64,000 bases of DNA from Clostridia bacterium (GTDB lineage: Bacteria; Bacillota; Clostridia; Christensenellales; UBA3700). Below are positions 1 through 9,676 of this stretch, piece after piece (the first letter of the stretch is position 1; the number at the start of each line of letters is the position of its first letter). The DNA lies in assembly GCA_029060025.1 (NCBI GenBank), contig JAIDUV010000027.1, forward strand, positions 33,862 to 97,861. Reading direction: 5' to 3'. The position numbers were made by a program, and so were the translations under genes. Below the pieces are notes generated by a model. It searched no databases. It was not told the DNA's origin and saw nothing but the letters and a program-made list of their open reading frames with translations.

Positions 1-1
1 A

Positions 2-1081
2 TACGTTTATCTCATTGAGTATTACAATACCTCGATACCCGACAGCGCATTTGCGCAGTTGAAAGAATATTTTCAGGTTTTAGAGCAAAAGGGGATAAAG
101 ATATTGTTGAGGTTTGCTTATGAGACAAACGAAGGACAGAAGACCGGTCCAAAGACTTCGGACATAGAAAGGCATTGCGCTCAACTCAAAGAGTTTTTTA
201 AAGATAATCTTAATCTTTTCAACAAGACTGTATACGCCCTTCAAATGGGCTTGATAGGACTCTGGGGAGAGGGACACGGAAGCGTTCATAGACACAACGT
301 CGGCAGGGTGATAAAGGCAGTTGCCGATATGACGCCCAAAGATACGCCAATTATGGTGCGTACTCCGCAAATGCTTTCGCAAGTGCCAAAGGATATCGAG
401 GATAGATTTGGTATGCACGAAGATTACGTGATTGGATACAACGATCCTTGGGTAGCAATAGCCACTGACGACAAAAACTATTATGCTGTGACAAATAAGT
501 GTAAGTACGCTGTGACTGACGGCGAAATGCCTTGGGGAAGGGCGGGAGTGCCAATTGATACGATAGGCTCGCTTAAAACCGCCGCAGACTTTGCAATGAC
601 GAGTTTCTCGTTGGCGCACAACTATACCGAAGAGGGCGAACACAATCTTAAGGCGTGGCAGAGCGAGTATTTGACAGAGCAGGATTTGAAAGATAATAAT
701 TTACCTTATAATCCCGCATTGTTGACCAACGGCAAAATCAGCGCTTTTGATTATCTCAAATATCATTTAGGGTATCAGTTGGTTGCGTCAAATCTTGAGA
801 TAAAAGACGGCAGGGCATCGTTTATGATAACAAATTATGGCTTTGCCTGTCCATACGGCTACGATATGAAGATTTTCGTTGACGGCAAGCAGGTGACAAC
901 TCAAGAGGAGTATTCGTGGAATAACTTGACGCAGTTTGGACAAAGCGTATTTAGTTTTGCTTACGACGGCGGAGATATCGAGGTGGAGTTTGTCAATCGC
1001 AGGGATAGCGCAGATACTATAGAATTTTTTAACGACGTACCTTATGAGAACGGCCGCAACGTCATATACAGAGCGAAGTAA
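2..1081 (+). CDS. DUF4874/DUF4832-like protein (putative glycoside hydrolase fold), 5'-truncated by the window edge
   Basis: Frame is open from position 2 (YVYLIEYYNTSIPDSAFAQLKEYF...). Motifs GIKILLRFAYE, GLIGLWGEGH, DGEMPW and HLGYQL are typical of this family. Confidence 0.65.
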   Translation, partial: YVYLIEYYNTSIPDSAFAQLKEYFQVLEQKGIKILLRFAYETNEGQKTGPKTSDIERHCAQLKEFFKDNLNLFNKTVYALQMGLIGLWGEGHGSVHRHNVGRVIKAVADMTPKDTPIMVRTPQMLSQVPKDIEDRFGMHEDYVIGYNDPWVAIATDDKNYYAVTNKCKYAVTDGEMPWGRAGVPIDTIGSLKTAADFAMTSFSLAHNYTEEGEHNLKAWQSEYLTEQDLKDNNLPYNPALLTNGKISAFDYLKYHLGYQLVASNLEIKDGRASFMITNYGFACPYGYDMKIFVDGKQVTTQEEYSWNNLTQFGQSVFSFAYDGGDIEVEFVNRRDSADTIEFFNDVPYENGRNVIYRAK

Positions 1082-1105
1082 AAATAAATTGTCAAGGAGA
1101 AAATT

Positions 1106-1567
1106 ATGGCAAGCAATGGCAAAATCACAAACTTAAAATTTTTTGTTTTGTTGGCAATAGTAATTGTCGTTGTCGGCGTAGGGATTCTTGTTTGCGATCA
1201 AATTGTATATAGAGGATACGTTAGGATAAAAGCGACTATAGTCGGTTACGAAGAAAATGCGGGATATGACAGAGATGAAGATAGAAGTTCATCCACTTAT
1301 GCCGAAATAGTATCGTACACGGTTGATGGGAAGACTTATAGCGCGAAAAATCCTAGTTATTCAAGTAAACTCAAATTAGAAACAGGCAAACAAATTGATA
1401 TTGCCTACGATCCAAATGATCCGTCGCACTGCGTTTTTGTCGCAAGCAGAATTAAACTGTCAATGGCTTTGATTGCGATTGGCGGAGCAACTATGCTTGT
1501 ATGCATAATAATCGCAGTATCAAAAAGACGTAATACGTTCCATATCAATAGTGAAACCCTGACTTGA
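1106..1567 (+). CDS. DUF3592-like membrane protein
   Basis: RBS AAGGAG. Two TM segments flank VSYTVDGKTY and G..IDIAYDPNDP. Confidence 0.7.
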   Translation: MASNGKITNLKFFVLLAIVIVVVGVGILVCDQIVYRGYVRIKATIVGYEENAGYDRDEDRSSSTYAEIVSYTVDGKTYSAKNPSYSSKLKLETGKQIDIAYDPNDPSHCVFVASRIKLSMALIAIGGATMLVCIIIAVSKRRNTFHINSETLT

Positions 1568-1660
1568 TAATTTGCTTTATTAAAGATTATCGCGTACATT
1601 ATTTGACAAATATATTTCGCCATTTTATAATCTTATTGAAAATATTTTTAGGAGTAATTT

Positions 1661-2413
1661 ATGAGTAAAAAAAATAAGAAGAAAAGCACGTTTTTTTCAG
1701 ACTTTAAAGCATTTATTACAAAAGGCAACGTGATGGATATGGCTGTCGGCGTTGTTATCGGCGGAGCCTTCAGCGCAATCGTCAACAGCCTTGTCAACGA
1801 TATTATTATGCCGCTTCTCAATCTTGCAACAGGCGACGGAGTAAAGGGGTTGTCTGTCGTACTCAACGGCGTAGATAAGTATCTTGCCGACGGCTCTATC
1901 AATCCAGAGGCAGTCTTGTGGAATTACGGCAACTTTTTGCAGACGATCATCAACTTTTTGATTATTGCGCTGTGTATATTCACGACGCTACGTATTATTA
2001 TGAATATCAGAAAGGCAAGCGAAAAGATTGCAGAGAAGGCAAAACAGGAAATTCAAGGCAATGAGCAACAAGTCGCAGATCAAGCGGCGCAGGAAGCAGT
2101 GGCTGACGTTGCGGAAGAGGCAAAGGTCGAGGACACAACTCCTATAGAGGCGGTCAAGACTCAAGAAAATGCCGTAGCAGAAGTTAAGGCTGAAGAGGGC
2201 GCAGAGCCGACTCAAGATAAAAAAGAAGTTGAGATAGAAGTCGTTGTCGAAACTGTTGAGGAAGCAGTTGAGGCAAAAGAAACTCAAGAAGACTTGCTCA
2301 AACAAATCAGAGACTTGCTTGCGACAATGCAACCTAAGAAGAGTGAAAAGCCGTCCGCTGCAAAGACTGCGACAAAGACGACTGCAAAAAAGACTACGAA
2401 GTCTGCAAAATAA
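1661..2413 (+). CDS. mscL: Large-conductance mechanosensitive channel with long low-complexity C-terminal tail
   Basis: FKAFITKGNVMDMAVGVVIGGAFSAIVNSLVNDIIMP, NYGNFLQTIINFLIIA and a late LLKQIRDLL helix. RBS AGGAG. Confidence 0.95.
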   Translation: MSKKNKKKSTFFSDFKAFITKGNVMDMAVGVVIGGAFSAIVNSLVNDIIMPLLNLATGDGVKGLSVVLNGVDKYLADGSINPEAVLWNYGNFLQTIINFLIIALCIFTTLRIIMNIRKASEKIAEKAKQEIQGNEQQVADQAAQEAVADVAEEAKVEDTTPIEAVKTQENAVAEVKAEEGAEPTQDKKEVEIEVVVETVEEAVEAKETQEDLLKQIRDLLATMQPKKSEKPSAAKTATKTTAKKTTKSAK

Positions 2414-2431
2414 TGACAATTAAAATAATAG

Positions 2432-2463
2432 ACCGCTTTTGTTGAATCAAAGGCGGTTTTTTT
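2432..2463 (+). terminator. Intrinsic terminator after mscL
   Basis: accgctttt...aaaggcggt stem followed by a T run. Confidence 0.7.
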
Positions 2464-2524
2464 ATATGCAAAATTTAAGTTCGTATTGAAAAACGCCGTT
2501 TTGTGTGGTATAATAATTTAAAAT

Positions 2525-3286
2525 ATGCAAAAGAAAAAATTAAAAGAATTTTTCCGTAAGATATTGTCGGAAATATTCGTAGATAAGTATAACTGTATCG
2601 TTTGCGACAGCGAGTTGCAAGAGAAGTCTAGGTATGGGCTTTGCGAAGACTGTAAGAGCAAATTGCGTTTTGTCGGTGACAAGATATGCAAAAAGTGCGG
2701 TAGACTTCAACTCAACGAGGCTGATTATTGTCTCACCTGCAAAGAGCATAAGCGCGAATTTGATTTTGCTCGCTCCTGCGTGGTATACGACGACGTCGCA
2801 AAAGAAATCGTAAGAGGTATAAAATTTGGCGGTAAGAAATACTTCGCCAAGTATATTGGGAATTTTCTTGCTCAGAAGTATCAAGAGACTTTTGACGGAG
2901 TGGATATTGACGTAATCGTACCAGTGCCGCTGACGAAGAAAAAGCAAATCATAAGGGGTTATAATCAATCTTGGGAAATAGCCAAGAGATTTGCAGAAAC
3001 AGTGGATTTGACGGCTGACGACAAAATTGTGGCAAAGGTCAAAGATAATCAAGAGCAGGCAAGATTGAGCGGCAAAGAACGCGAAGAAAATATTTTGGAC
3101 GCCTTTGAAGTCAAACTTTTGGAGAGAGTCGAGGGTAAAAGAGTGCTTATCATAGACGACGTTATGACTACGGGCAGTACGGCAAGCGAAATTGCAAGGG
3201 CGTTGAAGAAGGCAAAGGCTGAGGCAGTATATTTGTTGACTTTTGCAAGTACTAAATATAAAGTCGAAGAAAATCAAGAAGAGTGA
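2525..3286 (+). CDS. ComF-family protein (double zinc ribbon + PRTase domain)
   Basis: CxxC pairs, VPVPL, RGYNQS and VLIIDDVMTTGST. Promoter TTGAAA-17-TATAAT at 2486-2514. Confidence 0.9.
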   Translation: MQKKKLKEFFRKILSEIFVDKYNCIVCDSELQEKSRYGLCEDCKSKLRFVGDKICKKCGRLQLNEADYCLTCKEHKREFDFARSCVVYDDVAKEIVRGIKFGGKKYFAKYIGNFLAQKYQETFDGVDIDVIVPVPLTKKKQIIRGYNQSWEIAKRFAETVDLTADDKIVAKVKDNQEQARLSGKEREENILDAFEVKLLERVEGKRVLIIDDVMTTGSTASEIARALKKAKAEAVYLLTFASTKYKVEENQEE

Positions 3287-3455
3287 CCGACTGTGTATAG
3301 ACGCTCGACTTGCTCGCTATGCCGTCGCTACGCTCCTTACAGCCTTATTTTTGCCCTATCGTCGGAACTTGGAAGTCGACGTGTACGCAAAGTACATTTG
3401 ACGACTTAGTATCGCCCTAGCGCGGACAAAAATAAGACTAATCTTAACAGTCGTT
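3284..3455. repeat. Structured intergenic repeat (family II), copy carrying a ~39-bp insert
   Basis: Aligns with 48314-48445 (core gaagtcgacgtgtac..gtaca.ttgacgactt...cgccctagc.cggacaaaaata). The insert is shared with 62069-62123. Confidence 0.8.
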
Positions 3456-3502
3456 ATTGGCTGATTAGAAAAAATATAATGCTATACGGCATTGGGGGAA
3501 AT

Positions 3503-5167
3503 ATGAAGACAAGATGGTATAAAGACGCAGTAATTTATCAAATTTATCCGCGTAGTTTTTGTGATGGAAACGGTGACGGCATAGGCGATATAAGGGGTAT
3601 TATATCAAAACTCGATTATATCAAAAGCCTTGGCGTGGATGCGGTATGGCTTTCGCCTGTCTACAAGTCTCCCAACGACGACAACGGCTATGACATAAGC
3701 GATTATAGGGATATAATGGACGAGTTCGGCACTCTTGACGATTGGAAAGAGATGATTGACGGTATGCATAGCCGAGACATACGGCTTATTATGGACTTGG
3801 TCGTCAATCATACGTCAGACGAACACGCTTGGTTTGTCGAAAGCAGAAACAAAGACAGCGAGTATAGAGATTATTATATCTGGCGAAAAGGCAGAGGCAA
3901 GAACGGTAAGAAACCGCCCAACAATTGGACGTCCAACTTCGTCGGTCCTGCGTGGGAATACGACGAGCAAAGCGGAGAATGGTATCTGCATTTGTTCTCC
4001 AAAAAACAACCCGATCTCAATTGGGAAAATCCAAAGGTACGTCAAGAAGTGGCGGATATATGCAATTATTGGTTTGACTTGGGCGTGGATGGATTTAGGT
4101 GCGACGTAATTACTTATATATCCAAAAAAGACGGCTTGCCCGACGGTAAGTTGAAATTCCCTCTTGTCGGAGACGAAAATTATATCGTCGGTCCAAATTA
4201 TCACAAGTATATTCACGAACTCAACGAGAGGAGTTTTTCCAGATACGACAGTATGACGGTAGGAGAATCTATAGGCATCACTCCCGACAACGCTTTTGAC
4301 GCAATTGACGAGAGCGTGGGCGAACTTGATACGGTCTTCAGTTTTGATCATATGGGCGTGGACTTCAAATTTAAAGTATTGCCGTCGAAGTTTAATTTTG
4401 TCAAATACAAAAAGATTTTGAATAGGTGGCAACAACTTCCCAAGACTTGTCAGCCTACGATATTCCTTGAAAATCACGATTATCCACGCTGCTTGCCAAG
4501 ATTTACGGGGGATTACGGCGACAGACGTGAACTTGCAGGTATGGCTCTTGCCACTTCGATGCTCTTTATGAGAGCAACGCCGTATATCTATCAAGGTCAG
4601 GAGATAGGTATGACGAATTGCGCTTTCAAGCAAGAAGACTATAAGGACATTATGTCCGTCAATGCTTTGAGTATGATAAAAAAAGTATGTCCGCTTCTTT
4701 TGCCGTATGCGCGCAAAGTATTACTAAAAAGGGCAAGAGATCACGCGCGTACTCCAATGCAATGGACGGCAGGGGATAACGCGGGTTTTTCGACAGCAGA
4801 GCCCTGGATGGTCGTCAATCCCAATTACAAGGAGATAAACGTTGAGGACAGCGAGAAAAGAAGCGATAGTCTGCTCAATTTTTACCGCAAGGCGTTGGCA
4901 TTCCGCAAGGGCAAAGAAGTGATTATCAACGGTGACTTTAGACTTGTTTGTCCAAAGAGTAAGGATATCTTTGCATATATAAGAGAATGCGAAGGCAAAA
5001 GGCTATTCGTGATAGTCAATTTCAAAAATAAGCAGGTGAATTTCAAACTTCCAAAAGAATTGACTTTTGACAACTGCGCTTTGGCTCTTTTTAATTATGC
5101 GGACTCTCCCAAAGTCTTGAATAGTATGAAGTTGAGGGAATACGAAGCGATAGTATATGAACTTTAA
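3503..5167 (+). CDS. GH13 alpha-glucosidase / oligo-1,6-glucosidase
   Basis: YQIYPRSF, DNGYDISDY, DLVVNHTSDEH, DGFRCDVI, VGE, LENHD, RDHARTPMQW. ATG 3503 follows a GGGGG RBS. Confidence 0.93.
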   Translation: MKTRWYKDAVIYQIYPRSFCDGNGDGIGDIRGIISKLDYIKSLGVDAVWLSPVYKSPNDDNGYDISDYRDIMDEFGTLDDWKEMIDGMHSRDIRLIMDLVVNHTSDEHAWFVESRNKDSEYRDYYIWRKGRGKNGKKPPNNWTSNFVGPAWEYDEQSGEWYLHLFSKKQPDLNWENPKVRQEVADICNYWFDLGVDGFRCDVITYISKKDGLPDGKLKFPLVGDENYIVGPNYHKYIHELNERSFSRYDSMTVGESIGITPDNAFDAIDESVGELDTVFSFDHMGVDFKFKVLPSKFNFVKYKKILNRWQQLPKTCQPTIFLENHDYPRCLPRFTGDYGDRRELAGMALATSMLFMRATPYIYQGQEIGMTNCAFKQEDYKDIMSVNALSMIKKVCPLLLPYARKVLLKRARDHARTPMQWTAGDNAGFSTAEPWMVVNPNYKEINVEDSEKRSDSLLNFYRKALAFRKGKEVIINGDFRLVCPKSKDIFAYIRECEGKRLFVIVNFKNKQVNFKLPKELTFDNCALALFNYADSPKVLNSMKLREYEAIVYEL

Positions 5168-5247
5168 ATTTACCGCTAACGTCAAATAATGTAGCAATTG
5201 AGAACGTGTTAGATGAGTTTTGCGAAATCTAAAGGCTTGCTATAAAT

Positions 5248-5275
5248 GAGATTTATCGACTGCGCTCAAAATGAC
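5248..5275. repeat. REP-like repeat family I, degenerate right half
   Basis: gagatttatcgactgcgctcaaaatgac resembles 45298-45335 and 62164-62193. Confidence 0.6.
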
Positions 5276-5313
5276 TTAAAACACAGTCTATTAACATAAT
5301 AAACACGACGTAA

Positions 5314-5350
5314 AATGCGCCTCCTCGTTTAGTTCATCGAAGAGGCGCAT
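5314..5350. terminator. Hairpin / probable terminator between convergent GH13 and MFS genes
   Basis: atgcgcctc...gaggcgcat inverted repeat. Confidence 0.6.
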
Positions 5351-5373
5351 AGTTGTTATGGATAATATTATAT

Positions 5374-7023
5374 TTATTCTTTCTTGGACGGATTTTCTTG
5401 TTCTTCCGCGACTTCTTTAGTTATTGCTTGAGTAGTAACATCTCCGCCTTTTTCTAAAGAATTATCGCTGATTTCGGGAGTGGCTACTTGAATGTCAGGC
5501 GTTGCGTCGGGTGATTGCGGAGTATTCTCCGTATCAGATTCAGCCAAATGTTGAAGACGCTGAGCGCGCAATACCTCAAGTTGTTTGTTGATGGCGTCTC
5601 GCTTTTTGGTAGTAAGTCTATAGCCAATCATAGGCAGTAGAGACAGCACAAAGCACAGACCTACGAATATAGTGTAGAAGAATACAAGTCTTATCTTTGT
5701 CGATTGACTTTGAATATCCGTACCTTGTTGATAATTGCATACTTTGAGAAGAATCGTGGGAGTAAGAATACCAGTGATAACAGTCATAATAGTGGTGACT
5801 ATCGTCGACGAAAAACTCACTGTGCCTTCAAGGCGTTTGCCGCCGCTTTGCAATTCTATCTCATTGAGCACGTCTGCGTTGAATATGTTTGGCAAAAGAT
5901 TTGAAGAACCAAATTGAAGACCTATTAGGAAAAGACTTGCAATAAAGGCTATTTGCCAACCTATGCCGCCTTGCTTAAAATAAAGAAATGCAATAAAGAA
6001 TGCCAATGTGTTGGCGAGCAGAGAATATATGCCGAATATTGTGTATACTTTTATTGGATCGATTTTCTTTATCATCTTGCGGACGATAAGCATACTGACG
6101 ACCGTTCCGATACCGGTGGGTAGTCCTATAAGAATAAACTTTGACGTGTCGCCCAATAATGCGCCGGCAACGAAAATACCAAAGCCCATTCCGAGTAATC
6201 GCACCTCTCTTATTGCGTTGGTAAGCGTCAAAAACCAAAAATTCTTGTTCTTTACCACGTGTGACATACCTTCAAAAGGCGAATTCTTTTTTTCGTTGTA
6301 TGGTACGCGCTCTTTGACTTTGAGCATAGCGTTGACCATAAATGCTACGTACAGTATTGCGCACAAACCCAACGCGATAATATACATTGTGTTTTTTGAA
6401 TAATGTCCGCTTGTTATGTTGCCGTCTTCGTCGTATTTGTATTGGAAAAATCCAAATATCAATATAATCACGAGCGGAGCAGACTGCATAATGGAATTGA
6501 AAAATCCATTTGTGGAGAGAAGCGAATTGCGTTCTTTCTCGTTGGGGGTCATCACTATTGCTGTTGAGTTTGCCGTAGCCGTAAGAGTGACGAGTCCGTT
6601 GTATATCACGTTGACTGCCACCAGATAAAACATTGCCTGCCAAGTATTGGCGTTGGAAAACGGCGTATAGAACATCAAAAAACCAAACAAGCCCATAGGT
6701 ATTGCCGATATCAAAGCAATAGGACGGAATTTACCTCTCTTGCCGTGAAAATTATCAATAAATACCATTATGCCAAATCCTACGACAAAGCCAAGTAAAG
6801 CCACAATTACGTTGAGAATTTGTTGATTGGTCTCGTTGAGTTTGATAATGTTGTTGACGTAATCACTTTTGTAATTGGTAATCATACCGATGAACATACT
6901 GTAAAAGCCTGTTCCCAGCACATATGAAAATAATTCGTGTTTGGAGATATGGTTTTTTGTCGAATCGAGATTGTCGACGGTAATTACGTTGTCTTCAACC
7001 TGTCTTGACTTGCGTTTTGACAT
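5374..7023 (-). CDS. MFS transporter, GPH (MelB-like) sugar:cation symporter family
   Basis: About 12 TM helices; GKFRP, TPNEKER, KVKERV and ADVLNEIELQSGGKRLEG motifs. RBS GGAGG. Confidence 0.85.
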   Translation of the reverse strand: MSKRKSRQVEDNVITVDNLDSTKNHISKHELFSYVLGTGFYSMFIGMITNYKSDYVNNIIKLNETNQQILNVIVALLGFVVGFGIMVFIDNFHGKRGKFRPIALISAIPMGLFGFLMFYTPFSNANTWQAMFYLVAVNVIYNGLVTLTATANSTAIVMTPNEKERNSLLSTNGFFNSIMQSAPLVIILIFGFFQYKYDEDGNITSGHYSKNTMYIIALGLCAILYVAFMVNAMLKVKERVPYNEKKNSPFEGMSHVVKNKNFWFLTLTNAIREVRLLGMGFGIFVAGALLGDTSKFILIGLPTGIGTVVSMLIVRKMIKKIDPIKVYTIFGIYSLLANTLAFFIAFLYFKQGGIGWQIAFIASLFLIGLQFGSSNLLPNIFNADVLNEIELQSGGKRLEGTVSFSSTIVTTIMTVITGILTPTILLKVCNYQQGTDIQSQSTKIRLVFFYTIFVGLCFVLSLLPMIGYRLTTKKRDAINKQLEVLRAQRLQHLAESDTENTPQSPDATPDIQVATPEISDNSLEKGGDVTTQAITKEVAEEQENPSKKE

Positions 7024-7307
7024 TTAACCTCCAAAAAACTACATAAATTTTCATATTTAATACATAGATATTAAATACTTAATAATTATATCATACATAT
7101 AATCATATTGCAAGGGATATAATTAGAAAGTTTTGTTCGACAATATTAAACTCTAGGCGGTTATATATTTATTCATTGCGCTTGAGACGTATATGGTTAT
7201 ATAAAAGATAGGCAATTTACCAAATGAATTTGAGTAAATTGTAATGTATTAAAGATATTCAACGTAATAGTTTAGATATGAAATCAAATAATAGCGGAAT
7301 AGATTAT

Positions 7308-7342
7308 AAAAAAAGACAAATCTAAATTAGATTTGTCTTTTT
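7308..7342 (-). terminator. Terminator downstream of tRNA-Asn
   Basis: aaaaagacaaatcta-aat-tagatttgtcttttt perfect inverted repeat. Confidence 0.8.
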
Positions 7343-7418
7343 TGGCGCCCTCAATAGGACTCGAACCTATGACACTGCGGTTAACAGCCGCATGCTCTAC
7401 CGACTGAGCTATAAGGGC
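7343..7418 (-). tRNA. tRNA-Asn (GTT)
   Basis: Reverse complement GCCCTTATAGCTCAGTCGGTAGAGCATGCGGCTGTTAACCGCAGTGTCATAGGTTCGAGTCCTATTGAGGGCGCCA forms a cloverleaf with anticodon GTT and encoded CCA. Confidence 0.97.
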
Positions 7419-7650
7419 AATTTGCTGTTGAGCATATTTATATTAAAGTAAATTGACGTAATTGTCAAGAGTTTTTTCTCAATTTTTTAAAAAATTGTTT
7501 TTACGCTTTAGTTGCGTCAATTTAATATATGAAAAATCTGATAAATGAGTGCTAACATATAGTAAAAATATATTTGATATAGCAACAGAAATTAGTATTG
7601 ACAATTATTTTAAAAATTAGTTATACTATAAAAAGTCAAGGAGATATATT

Positions 7651-7971
7651 ATGGAACACAATGAGGTTTGGCAATCAATATACAATTCTTTTGCTAAAAG
7701 TCCAAGAGACGTGATTACAATTCCAAAGTCAAAAAAGGGTAAATGGTTTTTTGTTTATACGCAAAAAGACGGCGTATTTATAGAGAAGGGAAGAGAGCAT
7801 ACCGACGCCTGTAAAATCAAAGGAAGAAGACGATTGGAAGAAAAGAAGTGCAAAGAGATGCTTGACATATATTACAGAAGATGCGACGGACAGAGCGTGG
7901 CAAAAGAGGCTGCGTCGACTACGTATAATCAAGTATATTGGTATGGGATATTTGCCGCATTGGGTATATAG
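7651..7971 (+). CDS. Hypothetical protein (106 aa)
   Basis: RBS AAGGAG and upstream TTGACA..TATACT promoter. First gene of a 3-gene run. Confidence 0.75.
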   Translation: MEHNEVWQSIYNSFAKSPRDVITIPKSKKGKWFFVYTQKDGVFIEKGREHTDACKIKGRRRLEEKKCKEMLDIYYRRCDGQSVAKEAASTTYNQVYWYGIFAALGI

Positions 7972-7980
7972 GAGGGTATT

Positions 7981-8730
7981 ATGAGATACTATGCAGTGGC
8001 GGATATACACGGATATTATACGCAATTGATAGAGGCGTTGAAAGACAAGGGTTTTTTTGAGGACAAGGGACCTCGCAAATTGGTAGTTTGCGGAGATTTA
8101 TTTGACAGAGGCAGAGAAGCCAAAGAATTGCAGACCTTTATTCTTGACCTTATGGAAAAAGACGAAGTAATTTTGATAAGAGGCAATCACGAGGATTTGT
8201 TTATGCAATTGCTTGATCTTGACAAAGGTTATCCTGTGCATCCTCACGTACGCAACGGTACGTATAACACAGGTTTACAACTGATAGAAAGCGACGACAC
8301 AAAGTCAATTCTAAATCCCAATAGTTACGTCCAAGGCGCGCGCAAGACGCCTTACGTTGCAAAGATAATTCCGTCTATGCTCGATTATTTTGAGACGGAG
8401 CATTATATATTCGTTCACGGTTGGATACCTTGCGGAAACATAGGTCAAGTAAGATATTTTGAGGATTGGCGCAATGCAGACAAGGATATATGGGAAGGGG
8501 CAAGATGGCTCAACGGTATGCAAATGTGGCGCGAGTGTATTAGAGAAGAAGGCAAGACTATCGTATGCGGACACTTTCACACCTCGTTCGGTCACAGCAG
8601 AATACGAGGCAAGTGCGCAGAGTACGGAGAAGGCGCAGATTTCTCTCCCTTTATTGACGAGGGAATAATCGCGCTTGACGCCTGTACTGCGCATAGCGGT
8701 TTTGTCAATTGCGTAGTCATAGACGATTGA
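7981..8730 (+). CDS. Metallophosphoesterase (PPP/ApaH-like, calcineurin-like)
   Basis: DIHG, GDLFDRG, RGNHE, FVHG, GHFHT and ALD motifs. Confidence 0.92.
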   Translation: MRYYAVADIHGYYTQLIEALKDKGFFEDKGPRKLVVCGDLFDRGREAKELQTFILDLMEKDEVILIRGNHEDLFMQLLDLDKGYPVHPHVRNGTYNTGLQLIESDDTKSILNPNSYVQGARKTPYVAKIIPSMLDYFETEHYIFVHGWIPCGNIGQVRYFEDWRNADKDIWEGARWLNGMQMWRECIREEGKTIVCGHFHTSFGHSRIRGKCAEYGEGADFSPFIDEGIIALDACTAHSGFVNCVVIDD

Positions 8731-9623
8731 TGCAGTATATGAAAAAAGGTTTGATATTAGTAAACGCTTATACGAGGCAGGAGCGCAGTTTAAATCAGTC
8801 CAAGAGGCTTAAAGAAGAGTTGGAAAAAAACGGCGTAGATATTGATATTAAAAGAAATGATTTCTTTATTGCTCAAATTGACAATGACGGAGAGATAATA
8901 AGCAAAGCCAAAGATTACGACTTTTGCGTATACTTAGATAAGGACAAGTATATTTCGCTTATGCTAGAAAAGTCGGGTATGCGGCTTTTTAATTCGCACA
9001 ACGCTATTCAGGCTTGCGACGATAAGATGCAGACGGCAATTTTGTTGGCGCAACACGATATTCCTATGCCGCGCACTTTGCCAGGGCTGCTGTGCTATGA
9101 AAATCAAAAGTTGATAGTCGACGCAATTCAAAGGGTTGCCGAGGCTTTGGGATTTCCTGTGATAGTCAAGTCAAGTTACGGTTCTCTTGGCAAAGAGGTG
9201 TATAAGGCAAACGATATGGCTGAATTGTGTCAGATTGCGGAAAAACTAAAGTTTTCGCCTCACTTGTTTCAAGAATTTATACAAGAAAGTTATGGTAAAG
9301 ATATTCGAGTAATTGTCATTGGCGGAAAGGTGGCAGCGGCAATGTTGCGTCAGTCAAAAGGAGACTTTAGATCAAATATTGAATTGGGCGGCGAAGGTAA
9401 AAATATCATTCTCCCGAAAGAGGCACAAGCGTTATGCGAGAAGTCCGCACATTTACTTGGTCTTGATTACTGCGGCATAGACGTACTGTTGGGAGAGAAT
9501 AAATATTATATTTGTGAAGTAAATTCCAATGCGTTTTTTGGCGGTATAGAGGAGGTCACCGGTATAAATGTCGCAGAAAAATATGCCGGTTATATCTGCC
9601 AAAAGGTTTACGGCAAAGATTGA
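8730..9623 (+). CDS. RimK-family ATP-grasp alpha-L-glutamate ligase
   Basis: CDDK, FPVIVKSSYGSLG, FQEFI, DIRVIVIGG, DFRSNIELGG, GIDVL, CEVNS. TGATG overlap with the upstream stop (8739 is an alternative start). Confidence 0.9.
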   Translation: MQYMKKGLILVNAYTRQERSLNQSKRLKEELEKNGVDIDIKRNDFFIAQIDNDGEIISKAKDYDFCVYLDKDKYISLMLEKSGMRLFNSHNAIQACDDKMQTAILLAQHDIPMPRTLPGLLCYENQKLIVDAIQRVAEALGFPVIVKSSYGSLGKEVYKANDMAELCQIAEKLKFSPHLFQEFIQESYGKDIRVIVIGGKVAAAMLRQSKGDFRSNIELGGEGKNIILPKEAQALCEKSAHLLGLDYCGIDVLLGENKYYICEVNSNAFFGGIEEVTGINVAEKYAGYICQKVYGKD

Positions 9624-9643
9624 ATAATCAAACTTAAAGTATT

Positions 9644-9672
9644 TGACCCGCTTTTATCAGCGGGTCATTTTG
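9644..9672. terminator. Probable bidirectional terminator
   Basis: tgacccgct...agcgggtca inverted repeat between convergent genes. Confidence 0.7.
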
Positions 9673-9676
9673 CGTT

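Noticed and set aside
3330-3340. TTAC at the end of the nested module as an IS608-type target site
   Set aside because: A 4-nt match in two copies is too weak to assign an IS family.
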